From the human T2T-CHM13v2.0 reference genome, Homo sapiens, in assembly GCF_009914755.1 (NCBI RefSeq), contig NC_060927.1: 64,000 nucleotides of DNA. One strand, given 5' to 3'. Each line of letters begins with the position of its first letter. The first letter of the stretch is position 1. Shown one piece after another: positions 13,645 to 26,907 of the stretch. The translations under genes and the position numbers were made by a program. The notes beneath the pieces were generated by a model, which worked only from the letters and a program-made list of their open reading frames with translations, had not been told where the DNA came from and made no database searches.

Positions 13645-14100
13645 CTACTTATTTTAGAATAGTTTTAGATTTATAGAATGTTGACTGTCACAATCATCTG
13701 GAGAATTTGCATATACCCCACATTATACATTAGTAAGGCATATTTGTCACAATTAACGAACTGATGTTGATACAGGACAATTTGTTAAAGTTTATACTTT
13801 ATTCAGATTTCTTCCATTTTTCTCCAAAGATGTTTAGTCTTTTCTGCCTTATCAATTTATTGAATCATTTATGTATATTTGTATGAATTCACTTTATTTA
13901 TTTTATATTTTGTGTTTTAATTCAATACTACTTTTTATTATTTTTATGTAAATTGTTTTAGCTTTGGCCATCGGGAGCCCTTTCAGTTGGTCTCTGTGTC
14001 CCTTTGACAAATTCTCATTATTCCTGTGTTTTTGTTTAGCTTATTTGTTTTTAGCACTTTTCTACTTTCTGATTCTATAAGATGATTCAGATTATCTTGT
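13645..14100 (-). mobile_element. L1MC4/5-type 3' end
   Basis: ttattttagaatagttttagatttataga and tttggccatcgggagccctttcagttgg. Confidence 0.75.
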
Positions 14101-14301
14101 GTGTGTTGGACATGCATATACATGTTCTATCAGGTAGTTAACCTCAGTATGAAATATGAGAATTAGTTCAAAATTAATTACATTATATATAGATAAGATC
14201 TTTGAGAAACATAATGTACCTTAATTAAGAAAGCATCAAAGTATATATAGGACGAAATGTATTAAAAATGGAAAATGACCTACATAACATAATAACAACC
14301 C

Positions 14302-15302
14302 TGTAATGGGTTAAATTGTCTCTAGCAGAAAGAGAGTCTTGAATGTGACCTTATTTGGGAATCTTTGCAGATGTAATCAAGTTAAGGTGAAGTCACACTG
14401 AATTAGGATGGCCTCTAATAATAGCTGGTGTCCTTACAAGAGGAAGAAGCACAATTATTGTATTAGTAAGGGTTCTTCAGAGAAACAGAAGACACAGGTA
14501 CACATAGAGAGAGAGAGAAAGATACAGATGTATCAGAGGGGATTTATGAAGGAAAGTGACTCGTGATTCTGAAGGATGAGAAGTCCCAGACAGGCTGTCT
14601 GCAAGCTGGAGACCCAGGGCTGCTGGTAGTGTGTTTCAGCCCGTCTGAAAGCCTTAGAACCTGGGAAGCTGATGTAAAAACTCTCAGTCTGAGGACAAAG
14701 TATTGAGAATCTTGGGGGTTAGGGGAGACTGGTGCAAGTCCAAAGGCCAGAGGTCCTGGAGTTCTGATGTCCAAGGGAAGGAGAAATAAGATGCCCCAGC
14801 TCCAGGATAGAGAGAGACAAAGAATTCACCTTTTCTCTAACTTTTCTTTCTATCCAGGAACTCAGATGTTTGAATGGTGCTAGCCCACATTGAGGGGAAA
14901 TCTCCCCTTCTCAATCCACTGACTCATACGCCATTCTCCTCTGGAAACCCCCTCACAGACACATCCAGAAATAATGCTTTACCAATTATCTAAGTATTCC
15001 TTAATTCAGTCAAGTTGAAACTTAAAATTAACCATCACCGACACATAGACACACAGAAAAAAGGCAGCCTTGTGAAGATGGAGTAGGAGATGAGAGTTAC
15101 GCTGCCACAAACCAAGGAATACCTGGGGCTGTCGGAACTGGGAGAGGCAAAGGAGAATCCACTCCTACAGACCTCATAGGAGGCTCTGCCAACACCTTAA
15201 TTTCAGACTTCTGTCCTTTAGACTGGTAAGAGAATAAATTTCTGTGGGTTTAAGCCACTCAGTTTGTAGTAGATTGTTATGGCAGCCCTAAAAATTAATA
15301 GA
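14302..15302 (+). mobile_element. MLT1B/C (MaLR) solo LTR, split by a nested MLT2
   Basis: 5' part: gaatgtgaccttatttggg...ctttgcagatgtaatcaagttaagg. 3' part: gagaataaatttctg...ttaagccactcagtttgt...ttgttatggcagcccta. Confidence 0.85.
14459..15039 (-). mobile_element. MLT2B-like (ERVL) LTR nested in MLT1
   Basis: tgtattagtaagggttcttcagagaaacaga ... cagtcaagttgaaacttaaaattaaccatcac, both termini of an antisense MLT2. Confidence 0.88.
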
Positions 15303-15414
15303 ATTATTAAAAATAAAATTTAGTGCAAAATTCAAAACACTACATTTAGTATTTCGTGGATAAATATATATTAAAATGACCATAAAATCTTCTACTAAAA
15401 TATACTGTTAGAAA

Positions 15415-15625
15415 ACATTTATTTGGTTTGTGCTCAGTGCTAGATTCTCTTCCAGGCATTTTGCATGGATTATTTTATAGTAATTCTGTGAGATGCAACA
15501 GTTAATATCCCCGTTTTTCAGATTTACAAACTAAAACATAACACAGTTAACTGGCTAACGTAGCTAATAAGTATCAGAGTCAGAATTTGAAATTTGATTC
15601 TGGGCTACTTGACACCTCATTACTC
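15415..15625 (-). mobile_element. MIR SINE
   Basis: tccccgtttttcagat...gctaataagtatcagagtcagaatttgaa. Confidence 0.6.
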
Positions 15626-18600
15626 TCCTCTCTCAACCCCATCACCTTTATGTCTGTACACGGGTTTACTCCTTGTCTCTGTCTCAGCTCCCTCATCAAT
15701 CTCTCTGTTCTCTCCCTCTCTCTGCCTTATTCTCTCTTTCTTTTATTGTCTATTTATGCCTTATCTCTGTTTTCTTTTCCTGTAAAATGCTAAATTTTAT
15801 GCTTTAAAGGTGACATACCTCTAGTATTTAAATATCCATGGATTATTCACATAAACTGTTCATGTAAAGCCAAAATGAAGCCCTCAATAAATGACTGAGA
15901 TTTCATATGTTGCCTTATATGACTACAGTGCAAGAAAACAATACTAAAAGTAACTTTTATACTTTTGAGGCTTTAAAAAGTTGTTTGCTTGTACAAAATA
16001 GTCATAAAGGACTTGTGAAGAGCAATAAATCAAACAAAATTTCTGACTATTTAGAAAAATCTTCAAGTACTAAACATCAAAACCTATGATAAATGCCAAG
16101 GGATATTTTCAGAGATAAAATCAGAGCTGTAAATACTTTTGTTATTAAGAAACACAAATCATAAGAATAAATTAATTATGTTCAGCTTAATAAACTTGTT
16201 AAGGATTGGAGGAAAAGCAATAGTTTATCAGTGAAACAGATTAGAAAACAGATCACACAGTCGATATTTATTACTTTGATGAGGGTTTATTGTTGTGTGT
16301 GTAGCTGTACCACACAAAGGATGCTGCACTAACCTCAGCCTTACAAACTGGCAAGCTGTGGTACAATCCTTGGCCCAAACTTAGAACAGGAGAGAGTGGT
16401 AGCAAAGAAAAATCATGTCAGAAAGATTTGTGTGGGTAAGCTATCCACAGCTATCCAATAGTTTCTACCTGGAGGGAGCTGAAGACATATGAAGTTCAGC
16501 TTCACTCTCTTCCTTCTATAAAACCAAAACAAAACAAACAAAAAATGTTCATTTTCTTCTGGATCTCCTACCCGGGATGCTTAGTGGCCCAACCTAACCT
16601 AGAATGAAAAATATGGAACCCACTGATGCACCCAAAAGATGGGCAATGTTGCCAACAGGTGCCAAAAGATGGGCAATGGATTTGGAGGGGAAATTGAATT
16701 GCTAGATATAATTGAATGAAAAACTTCTCTGAATTCTGACTGATATACGGCTAGTGGTCCTTTTGGCAGAGTTTAAAGGGTAAAACTTCTGGTAATTTCA
16801 GTGTTCAGTATACAGCCTTTCACTTAATCTCACTATTTTTGGTACATTTCTCCAACTCACAGCAAGCTTGAGTCCTGAGTTCACTGTCTCTGTTTCACCG
16901 TTGCAATAAATGAAATGTGAAATATTCTGCAAGAGCGAGAGCTGGTAATTACAATGTAGTGGAAGAAGATACAGAGTACTCCAATCCCACTTTTCTAGCC
17001 AGCCCCGCAATTACCTTTCAATGAAGAGGCTAATGGCTATGCTTTTCTGAGGCTCTGAGATACAATCAATCTGCTTCTGTGCTTTCTTGAATGGCTGGAA
17101 TTTCACTTTGGATCGTTCCTCAAAACTTTATATGTTTTTATCAGCTTTCCACTTACAAAATGTAGTTGATATTTTTATTTTAAATGTATTTTTACTTCTT
17201 TTGTAGTTTAAACTCTTTTATCTCTTTACCATAATTTAGTGCAGCTTCAAGAGGATGAATATAAAAACGTATGTCCACACTTGCATCTCTAATCTGAGAG
17301 TATGTTTTAAAAAATATGATATTGCTTTCAGCACTTGATGGGTACTAATTACAAAAAAGTAAAAGCTTAAGCACATATTATAATTTATATAAAGTTGTTA
17401 TCATATTTTAAAGTTGAAATTGATAATATAATAGTGACACTTTGTGAGTGATACCTTGTTATAAACTTGGTGAGGAAAGGATTAAGATACAAATGATATG
17501 ATACCTATGCTTTCCAAGACATGAGCTGAAATATAGATGATATCCCTGAGTTGGATAGGAATTTAATGACCTGATTCTGGAAAAACACAGAGATAACATA
17601 ATGGGAGAGGAGGAATTTAAGCTCTGGGAAAATGAAATGTAGCCTAGATAAAGATTATGCATCTTTAAGAATAAATGTATTTAAAATAATAAATAGATTA
17701 GAGAGACAATTAATCTGAACTTAAATTTCAGTTGAAACCCAGGCAAAATACGTTAATAGCAACCTTCTTTGGACTACCTCTGAATAAGACAAATAACATA
17801 CATTTTTAATTAATTGAATGTATTATACTAAAAACATTTATTTTCTTCTGGATTTTTAAAAATTGAGTTTTTCTCCAGGGATTTGATTGTCACATAAATT
17901 GAACTAGTAGCTCAAAACATCTTGTGGTAACCAGTCATATGGAAATCTACTTGCTTAGGCAAGCCTTCTACAACATCTTGTAATAATATCCATAAATTAA
18001 ATTTGAAGCAATATAAAATGTGAAAATTGTGTGACTATACATAAAAGTAGACACCAAATACTTACAATACTTTCATAAAGATATTTTCTTTAATGTTGTG
18101 CTGTTATCATTTATTTCTTCTCATAAGAGTAAATATTGCAATTTTAACTTTGTCAAACAATTTTATAATGCTGTGATTCCTTTCTCTTCTGTTCACTCTT
18201 TGTCTTTGTGTGTTTGCTTTGAATCTGTAGAAATAAAAACGTTCTTTGCTTTGGTCACTGTTGAAAGAGGCTACTGGCCAAATACTGTAAGTCTCATTGC
18301 AGATGTGTTCTATATCTTTTAGGCTTGCTAAGTGCTTTAAACAATGATGTCGGTTACATGAGAAGTGTTTGATGCATGCTGATAGTTCTTCCTAAGACTG
18401 ACATGCCCTACATAAGTTTCTCTCAGCATTTACCTCCCAGCATGACTGCTCTGTGTTAAGAGATTAGCCACTTTCTTACAAGAGTATTTTGAAATGTGTT
18501 GTATAACAAACCTGATATAAAGGATACTATAGTTTGAAATCTAATGTTATCTTGTGCACAGATTGGTACAAATGTGTTGCTTTCTCTTATAATTCATGAT

Positions 18601-19084
18601 GGGATAAATATTGTTCTTCTGTGTTTTTGTTTAGAAACCTCTGGAAGAATTGAGCTGGTCGACTATGCAAACAGTTGTCAAGAGCCTATAAAATATGCAG
18701 CATAAAATTTTTCCTTTGTAGTCAAACCTGATTATTCCTCTTAGATACTGGGAACAGAATTTCACAGTCGTCAGAGAATATACCTTTTGTATTTTCGTAT
18801 TAAATATGTACTCCTATTACTTAACAATTGTAGTTTAACTCCTTTTTTAGGTAAAATTCTAATTTTTCTCTTCTGTTAAAAATTTCCAGTTCCAACACGA
18901 AGATAATAAAGAATATTAATTTTATCCTTATTAACTTGAAGGAAGTAATATTTATTTTTGTATTTCTGTACTTAAGTATATCACAAATACAGATTTCTGT
19001 AGTTGGAGAATTAATATAAAGTAACATAGTATTCAATAAGAAGGGATTTTTCTTTATTAAAAAGAGGTCTGAATTATAAACTAA

Positions 19085-19260
19085 ATATCTGTGTAACTTT
19101 GAACAATTTATTTAACTTTTTGAAGATATTTGAAACTTATTTCTAAAATGAGAAAAATACCTATCATGAGGAGCTTTTGTAAATACTAAATGAGATATAA
19201 CATGTAAAGCAGTTAACAAAATTCTAGGCATGGTATGGGTATTTAAATAAATGGAAAGTA
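19085..19260 (+). mobile_element. MIR SINE
   Basis: ctgtgtaactttgaacaa...taaaatgagaaaaatacctatcatgagg...taaatgagatataacatgtaaagc. Confidence 0.7.
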
Positions 19261-21334
19261 TTCTTAAGTTTTATAGTAATAGTTTTACAAATTTTATATG
19301 TAATTCTGATGATTAATGGTTATTTTAATATCTTTTCTACTGTATATGCTAGGGAGTATTTTGGAGTATCAAATTTAAATATTAGTAAAGCATGAAAATT
19401 TGATTTAGTAATAAGTAGACAAAGCAGAAAAATGCACTAAATCTTATTTCTTATGCAAATTGGGACAATAAAATATGGGAGCAAGAAATAAGGCTGAAGT
19501 ATGTATATGAGCAGAATAAAATAAATTACTGCAAAATGTAAATTATCCAGACTTGTGTTTCCTTAACTAGAAGCTCTACAGGAAAGAACTTTAATCTTCT
19601 AGAAGGCTAAGCTCATAAAAGACGATGTTAGACCTTTAGATTCAGAAAATAAAACTCTTAGTTCTGTCTTTAAAGAATTAATAAAGCAAAAGGGTAGTTA
19701 TATAATTGATTAATATGGTTAATGTGTTGAGCAAAAGTGTGCAATTACATGTTTAATTTAAATAATCCCATCATTTAATGGATATCAAATCAAATACATA
19801 ATTAACATTTTTAAATTTTCTTTTTCTATGTATAATGCCAGATAACATAATAAAGGTTATTATTTTTTTCACAATATACATTTTATATCAGTTACTTTGA
19901 AGGAATTTGGAAAAATGTCCATAATACTTGTGGCTATGATTTTATAACATGTTGGTGATAAGTACAAGTGAATCATATACTTGAAAGATATAAATACGGT
20001 GAGCAAGGAAAAATTATCAGTATTATGGTTTTAAAATGAGCAGTAGTATTCTTAGCATTGATCTTAGAGGACTTCCAAAGTGGTCCATGCCCAAGATAAT
20101 TTTAACAGTAATATTTTCAGAATAATAAATTTTTAGGCTGGAATATACATAGAAAAGCTATTTTGCAGATGATTCCATTGTGATTTCAAAAATACATCTC
20201 ACTCACCTAAACTGAAGCTTTTATACTCTTTATTCAATGTTCTACAACACAGATTCTTCCTTACTAAATAAATATCATATTGTAAAACATTTCATTAATC
20301 TTTTTATTTTTAATTGTCTAATTAAAGTCTGTGGATCCATACGGTTAATACCACCTGTAGTCAGCATTCTGAAAAGGTCAGTTTAAATTTACTTTTAAAA
20401 ATCTCTACTAATGTGTTATAATTGCATTCAGGATTTTCTAGTAGAGTTTAATGTACCCCAAGGAGATATTATCTAAGTACTGCTTCACAGTTGCAAAGGA
20501 AACTGAGAAATTGTAATTTTTAAATTTGTAAATTATGTGATTCTTGTTTTCATTTCCCCTGATTCTAATCTTATAGCAAGTAGATTCATCTGCAACTGTG
20601 AAAACATTGAAGGGATAGAATTGTGGGAAAGAGATATAGCCTTATTTGTAATAATTTTTATTTGCAAAAAGAAAAAAAAGTATTGTGTTTCTCACTTGGT
20701 CTTCATTTTTGGCATTATCTGTCTGTGATATGCATTTACAGATGATGCTGACAATTTGTGATATACATGGATCTGGGGTCATCAGAATGGCACTGGAGTT
20801 TTATTTCTACTACTAGTAAATTTAATATTAGAAAAAGCAAGCGGGCTTATCAGTTCAAACTTAAACAACTACTTTGTAGTGAAGCTAGGGCACATAAAGA
20901 CAACACTCTAGAAAATAGAAGGCAAGCAAAATTTTAAAGATCGTACACATAAAAATAATTGAAAGGGATGTTAGACCTAAACAGGAAAACCAAAGCTATG
21001 AAACAAATTAGAAGAAAACATATGAGTAATCCATTATGACCTTGAGATTGGCAAACGATTTTTAAAAAGAAAACAAAAAGCACTAAATTTTTAAAAAAAG
21101 TTATGAAATCGAATCCATGCAAGTCACAAATAGTAAACAAAAAACACATGAAGACACGCACACACACACACATACACACACATACACATACACCAAGAAA
21201 TTTCAAGAAGTCCATTGCCATGCAACAAAGTATTAGATTACTAGACATATACTGTGTTTCTCAAAACACTAGACAACAACTCTCTGTTGTTGAAAAATTG
21301 AAACGATAAAATAGTGCATTACATTAGCTCATTG

Positions 21335-21714
21335 TGTTAAATTAAATTAAATTTGCCCTAAAGCTGCCTCCATATCAAGTGTATATATTGTGCACTGCAA
21401 CCTAACTTAAGCATATATTCCTGTAAGAAATAGCTGAGTTTCAGTCAGCCACAGGCTACCAACTGTTCAGGCCATGTCCATATAAAGGAAATGCCTCATC
21501 ATACCATGCCTAAATAAGGCAAATGCCAATCTGTCAACAATCACGCTACTTCTGTACATCACTTCTTTTTTCTGTCTATAAATGCTGCCTGTCCACATTG
21601 TTGGGTGGAGCTTTAAAAACCTGTCCTGGTTTGGAGTGTTGCCCAATTCATGAATCATTTCTTGAGCAAATAAACTCTGCTAAATTTAATTCATCTAAAG
21701 TTGTCCTTTTAACA
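21335..21714 (+). mobile_element. MER57-like ERV1 solo LTR
   Basis: tgttaaattaa...cctaaagctgcctccata 5' end, aaataaggcaaatgcc, TATA box (ctataaa), aataaactctgctaaatttaat...ttttaaca 3' end. Confidence 0.85.
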
Positions 21715-21932
21715 TGTGTAACTATGAAGTAACTACACGGTTTACAAATCTAAACTTTACTATCCATCTGACATTAGAAATAGCACTTACGTTTCTTTGT
21801 TTAATTACTTTATTTATTTATAAAATGGGGCTAAGCAAATCTATCAGCACCTTAAAATATTTTGAAGATTATGTAAAATATTCAATGTAACAATAATTTA
21901 ACTCCTGCACACAGGAAAAATGTGAAATTCGC

Positions 21933-24310
21933 TGTATTATTCTGTTCTCACATTGCTATAAAGACATGCATGAGACTAGGTGATTTATGAAGAAAATAGG
22001 TTTAATTAACTCACAGTTCTGCAGGCTGTACAAGAGGCATGCCTGGGGAATCCTCAGGAAACTTAAAATCATGGTGGAAGGTGAAAAGGAAGCAGGCACG
22101 ATCTTCACATGGCAGAGCAGGAGAGAGGGAGAACAAAGTGGGGAAGTGCTACACACTTTCAAACAGCCAGATCTTGTGAGAACTCACTATCATGAGAAGA
22201 GAAAGGGAGAAATTCACCCCTATGCTCTAATCACTTCCCACCAGGTCCTTTCCTAACATTGGGGATTACAATTGAACATGAGATTTGGCTGGGGACACAG
22301 AGCCAAACCGTATAATCCTACATCTGGCCCCTCTCAAATTGGATATCCTTCACACATTTTAAAACACAATCATGCCTTCTTAACAGTTCCCCGAATCTTA
22401 ACTCATTCCAGCATTAACCCAAAAGTCCAATTTTAAAATCTCATCTGAAACAAGACAAGTTCCTTCTGCCTATGAGCCTGTAAAACTAAAAACAATTTAG
22501 CTACTTCAAACACACAAGGGGAGTACAGGCATTAGGAAAATGCTCCCATTCCAAAAGGGAGAAATTGAACAAAACAAAGGCACTACAGGGCCCATGCAGG
22601 TCTGGAACACAACAAAGCAGTCATTAAATCTTAAAGCTCCAAAATAATCTCCTTTGACTCCATGTCTCACACCGAGGCCACACTGATGCAAGAGGTGAAA
22701 TCTCAAGGCCTTGGGCAGCTCTGCAGGGTACAGCCCCTTCAGCTGCTTTCACAGGCTAGTTTTGGGTACCTGTGGATTTTCCAGGTGCAAGGTACAAGTC
22801 GTCAGTGGATCTATCTTTCTAGGGTCTGGAGGATGGTGGCCGCCTCCTTACAGCTCTACTAGGCAGTGCTCCAGTAGGGACTCTGTGTGGGGGTTCCAAC
22901 CCCACATTTTCCCTTGGCACTGCCCTAGTAGAGGTGCTCCATGAGGGCTCTACCCTTGAAGCAGACTTCCACCTGGATATTCAGGTGTTTTCATACATCC
23001 TCTGAAATCTAGATGGAGGCTGTCAAGCCTCAACTCTTGCCCTCTGTGCACTTGCAGGCCCAACACCATGTGGAAGACACCAAGGCTTCTGAAGTCCCTC
23101 TGAATCAATGATCTGAGATATACTGTGGCCCCTTTTAGCCATGACTGGAGTGGTCTTAATGCAGGGCACCATGTCTCAAGGCTACACAGAACAGCAGGGC
23201 CCTGGGCCCAGCCCATAAAGCCATTTTTCCCTCCTAGGCCTCCAGATCTGTGATGGAAGTCACTACCACAAAGTTCTCTAAAATGACTTGAAAGGATTTT
23301 CCCCATTGTCTTCGCTATTAACATTTGGCTCCTCTTTACTTATGCAAATGTCTGCAGCCCCCTTGAATTCCTTCACAGAAAATAGGATTTTATTTTCTAC
23401 CACCTAATCAGGCTGCAAATTTTCCAAACTTTTATGCTCTCCTTCCCTTTTAAATATAAGTTTCAACTTCAGTCCATCTCTTTGTGAATGCATGTGAGTG
23501 TACACTTTTAGAAGCCTCCAGGTCACTTCTGAATGCTTTGATGCTTACTAATTTCTTCTGACAGATACCCTAAATCATCTCTCTCCAATTCGAAGTTCCA
23601 CAGATCTCTAATGCAGGGGCACAATGCTGCCAGGCTCTTTGCTTAAGTATGGCAAGAGTCACCTTTGTTTCAGTTCCCAGTAAGTTCCTATCTCCATCTG
23701 TGACCTCCTCAGCTCGGACTTCATTTTCCATATCATTATCAGTATTTTGGTCAAAACCATTCAACACATCCCTAGGAAGTTCCAAACTTTCTCTCATCTT
23801 CCTGTCATCTTCTTAGCTTTACAAACTGTTCCAACCTCTGCCCATTTCCCAGTTCCAAAGTTGCTTCCACATTTTCAAGTATCTTTATAGCAATGGCCCA
23901 CTTCTCTGGTACCAATTTTCTGTATTAGTCCATTCTCACACTGCTATTAAAACATACCTGAGACTAGGTAATTTATGGAGAAAAGAAGTGTAATTGACTC
24001 ACAGTTCTGCAGACTGTACAAGAGGCATGGCTGATGAGTCCTCAGGAAACTTAAAATCATGATGGAAGACAAAAGGGAAGCAGGCAGAATCTTCACGTAG
24101 TGGAGCGAGAGAGAGAGAGAGAGAGAGAGAGAAAGGGACAGTTTTACACCCTTTCAAACAACTAGATCCTGTGAGAACTCACTATCATGAGAATAGCAAG
24201 GGAGAAATCCACCCTTACGACCCAATCACCTTGCACAAGGTCCCTCCTCAAACATTAAGGACAAAAATTCACATGAAATGTGGTTGGGGACACAGAGCCA
24301 AACTGTATCA
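21933..24310 (-). mobile_element. Complete MSTA MaLR element: LTR (21933-22315), MST internal region (22316-23920), LTR (23921-24310)
   Basis: Two homologous ~385-bp LTRs in direct orientation flank 1.6 kb of THE1/MST-type internal sequence. MSTA-type cacagttctgcaggctgtacaagaggcatg. ORF remnants such as MRESLELPRDVLNGFDQN are typical of MaLR internal regions. Confidence 0.93.
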
Positions 24311-24634
24311 TCTGTCTAAACAAAAGTACTTTGGGTTTGATTGGTTAAAAAAACACAAAACTTAATTTTGTTATTTTCCCAAATCTCTTTATGATATAAT
24401 ATTTAAAGATACCTAATTCCAGGTTTGAAAATTAGTCCATAAGGTAGGAATCTTAGAGCATAATGGCATATTTATTGTTTGTAGATGATTGTTAGGCCAG
24501 TTTTTATATTTAAGATAGGTTAAACAATCTACTTGAGTATTAGGACTTTTTTGTCCAATGTATTCATGTTTCTCTACCATTGAAATTGAAGAAAAAATAT
24601 TTTTTTGGGGGGGATACACTTTTAATTCATACAC

Positions 24635-24985
24635 TCACAAAGGACTTGTATCCAGAATATATAAAGAACTCTTAAAATTCAATAACAAGACGCCAAATGT
24701 TCCAGTTTTTTAAATGGGCAAATAGTTTGAATAGATTTCACCAAATATGAGATACTGGTGACAAATAAGCACATGAAAAGATGCTCAATCATTAATCATT
24801 AGGAAAATGCAAATTAAAACCACAATGAGAGACCCCTACACACCTACTAGAGTGACTATTTTTTTTAAAGAAACTGACAATACTAAGTGCTGATGAGGAT
24901 GCAAAGTAACTCAAACTCTCATATAATGCTGGTAAGTGGAAAACAGTATGGCACTTTGGAAACAGTATGGCATTTTCTCTCTTTT
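24635..24985 (+). mobile_element. L1MB/L1MC ORF2 3' fragment
   Basis: aaggacttgtatccagaatatataaagaactc...atgcaaattaaaaccacaatgaga. Confidence 0.85.
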
Positions 24986-25023
24986 TTAAAAAAAATATGT
25001 TATTTTATTAATAAATTGGGAAC

Positions 25024-25310
25024 TTTTTTTTTTTTTGAGACAGGGTCATGGTCTGTTGCCCCGACTGGAGTGCAGAGGCAAGATCATGCCTCACTGCAAC
25101 CTGCACCTCTGAAACTCAGATGATCCTCCAACCTCAGCCTCCCAAGTAGCTGGGACTACAGGCCTGAGCCACCACACCTAGCTAATTTTTGTATTTTTTT
25201 GTAGAGATGGGGTTTTGCCATGTTGTCCAAGCTGGTCTCAAACCCCTAGACTGAAGCCTGCCTGGCATCCCAAAGTGCTGGGATTATAGGCATGAGCTAC
25301 TGCACCCAAC
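25024..25310 (-). mobile_element. AluJ
   Basis: Poly-T, gagacagggtc, gatcatgcctcactgca, tgatcctccaacctcagcctcccaagtagctgggactacagg (J-type features). Confidence 0.9.
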
Positions 25311-25317
25311 TGGTAAT

Positions 25318-26443
25318 TTTTTCTTTCTTTCTTTCTTTTTTTATTGTAGTTTAAGTTCTGGGATACATGAGCAGAATGTGCAGGTTTGTTACATGGATAC
25401 ACACTTGCCATGATGGTTTGCTGCACCCGTCAACATGTCATCTACATTAGGTATTTCTCCTAATTCTATCCCTCCCCTATCCTCCTACCCCCTGACAGGT
25501 CCGGGTGTGTGATATTCCCCTCCCTGTGTCCATGTGTTCTCATTGTTCAACTCCCACTTATGAAGGAGAACATGAGGTGTTTGGTTTTCCGTTCCTGTGT
25601 TAGTTTGCTGAGAATTATGGTTTCCATCTTCATCCATGTCCCTGCAAAGGATGTGAACTCATCCTTTTTTATGGCTGCATAGTATTCCATGGTGTATACG
25701 TGCCACATTTTCTTTATCCAGTCTATCATTGATGGGCGTTTGGGTTTGTTTCAAGCCTTTGCTATTGTGAATAGTGCTGCAATAAACATATATGTGCATA
25801 TGTCTTTATAGTCGAATGATTTATAGTCCTTTGGGTATATACCCAGTAATGGGATTGCTGGGTCAAATGATATTTCTAGTTCTACATACTTGAGGAATTG
25901 CCACACTGTCTTCCACAATGGTTAAACTAATTTACACTCTCACCATCAGTGTAAAAGCATTCCTATTTCTCCACATCCTCTCCAGCATCTGTTGTTTCCT
26001 GACTTTTTAATAATTGCCATTCTAACTGGCATGAGATGGTATCTCATTGTGGTTTTGATTTGCATTTCTGTAATAACCAGTGATGATGAGCTTTTTTTCA
26101 TATGTTTGTTGACCACATAAATGTCATCTTTTGAGAAGTGTCTGTTCATATCCTTTGCCCACTTTTTGATGGGATCGTTTGTAAATCTGTTTAACTTCCT
26201 TGTAGATTCTGGATATCAGCCCTTTGTCAGATGGATTGACTGCAAAATTTTTCCCCCATTCTGTAGGTTGCCTGTTCACTCTGATGATAGTTTCTTTTGC
26301 TGTGCAGAAGCTCTTTAGTTTAATTAGATCCCATTTTTCAATTTCGGCTTTTGTTGCCATTGCTTTTAAACGTAACACCTAAAACCATAAAAAGCCTAGA
26401 AGAAAACCTAGACAATACCATTCAGGACATGGGCATGGGAAAA
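25318..26443 (-). mobile_element. L1PA7-like 3' fragment with 5' inversion (main part 25318-26367 on minus; inverted part 26366-26443 on plus)
   Basis: ORF2 C-terminal peptides on minus ([11 protein letters not shown]..., MIDWIKKMWHVYTMEYYAAIKKDEF), then an abrupt switch to plus-strand L1 sequence (aaacgtaacacctaaaaccataaaa...). Confidence 0.92.
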
Positions 26444-26617
26444 AATATTTATATTGACATGTAAGTCTTCATATGTTAAGTAGTTTTAGTTTTCTAAAAA
26501 ATGGTATCCAGTAACAAAGATAAGTTTGTATTCATTAGTATGATGTATAGACTAAAGAAAAGATTGAATGATTAATTGATGTATTGGTTGTGTAATATAA
26601 ATATATACATATATATA

Positions 26618-26907
26618 TTTCTTATTTTTTTGAGACAGGGTCTTGATCTCTTACCTATGCTGGAGTGCAGTGGCTTGATCATGGCTCACTGTAGCCTCAA
26701 CCTTGCAGGTTTAAGCCATCCTCCCATATTAGCCTCTAAGTAGCTGGGAATACAGGTGTAACCCATCATATCCAGCTATTTTTGAATTTTGTAAAGACAG
26801 GGTTTAGCCAGGTTGCTCAGGCTGGTCTCGAACTTCTGGGTTCAAGTGATCCACCCCTTGGCCTCTCAAAGTGCTGGCATTATAGGTATGAGCTACCACA
26901 TCTGGCC
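26618..26907 (-). mobile_element. AluJ (AluJo-like)
   Basis: gagacagggtctt...gatcatggctcactgtagcctcaacc...gaacttctgggttcaagtgatcc. Confidence 0.9.

Noticed and set aside
16632-16678. CRISPR-like repeat-spacer arrangement
   Set aside because: Only two copies, eukaryotic context and no cas genes; no array anywhere in the window.
21928-24315. Target-site duplications for the MSTA element (also for the MER57 and MER4-group LTRs)
   Set aside because: Flanks do not match convincingly (ttcgc versus tctgt for MSTA), so no TSD is claimed.
21956-24365. Cluster of about ten ORFs resembling an operon
   Set aside because: All lie within the MSTA LTRs and internal region; they are decayed MaLR sequence.
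24940-24973. Repeat aaacagtatggca occurring twice
   Set aside because: Lies in an L1 3' region whose consensus is already internally similar here, so it cannot be called a new event.
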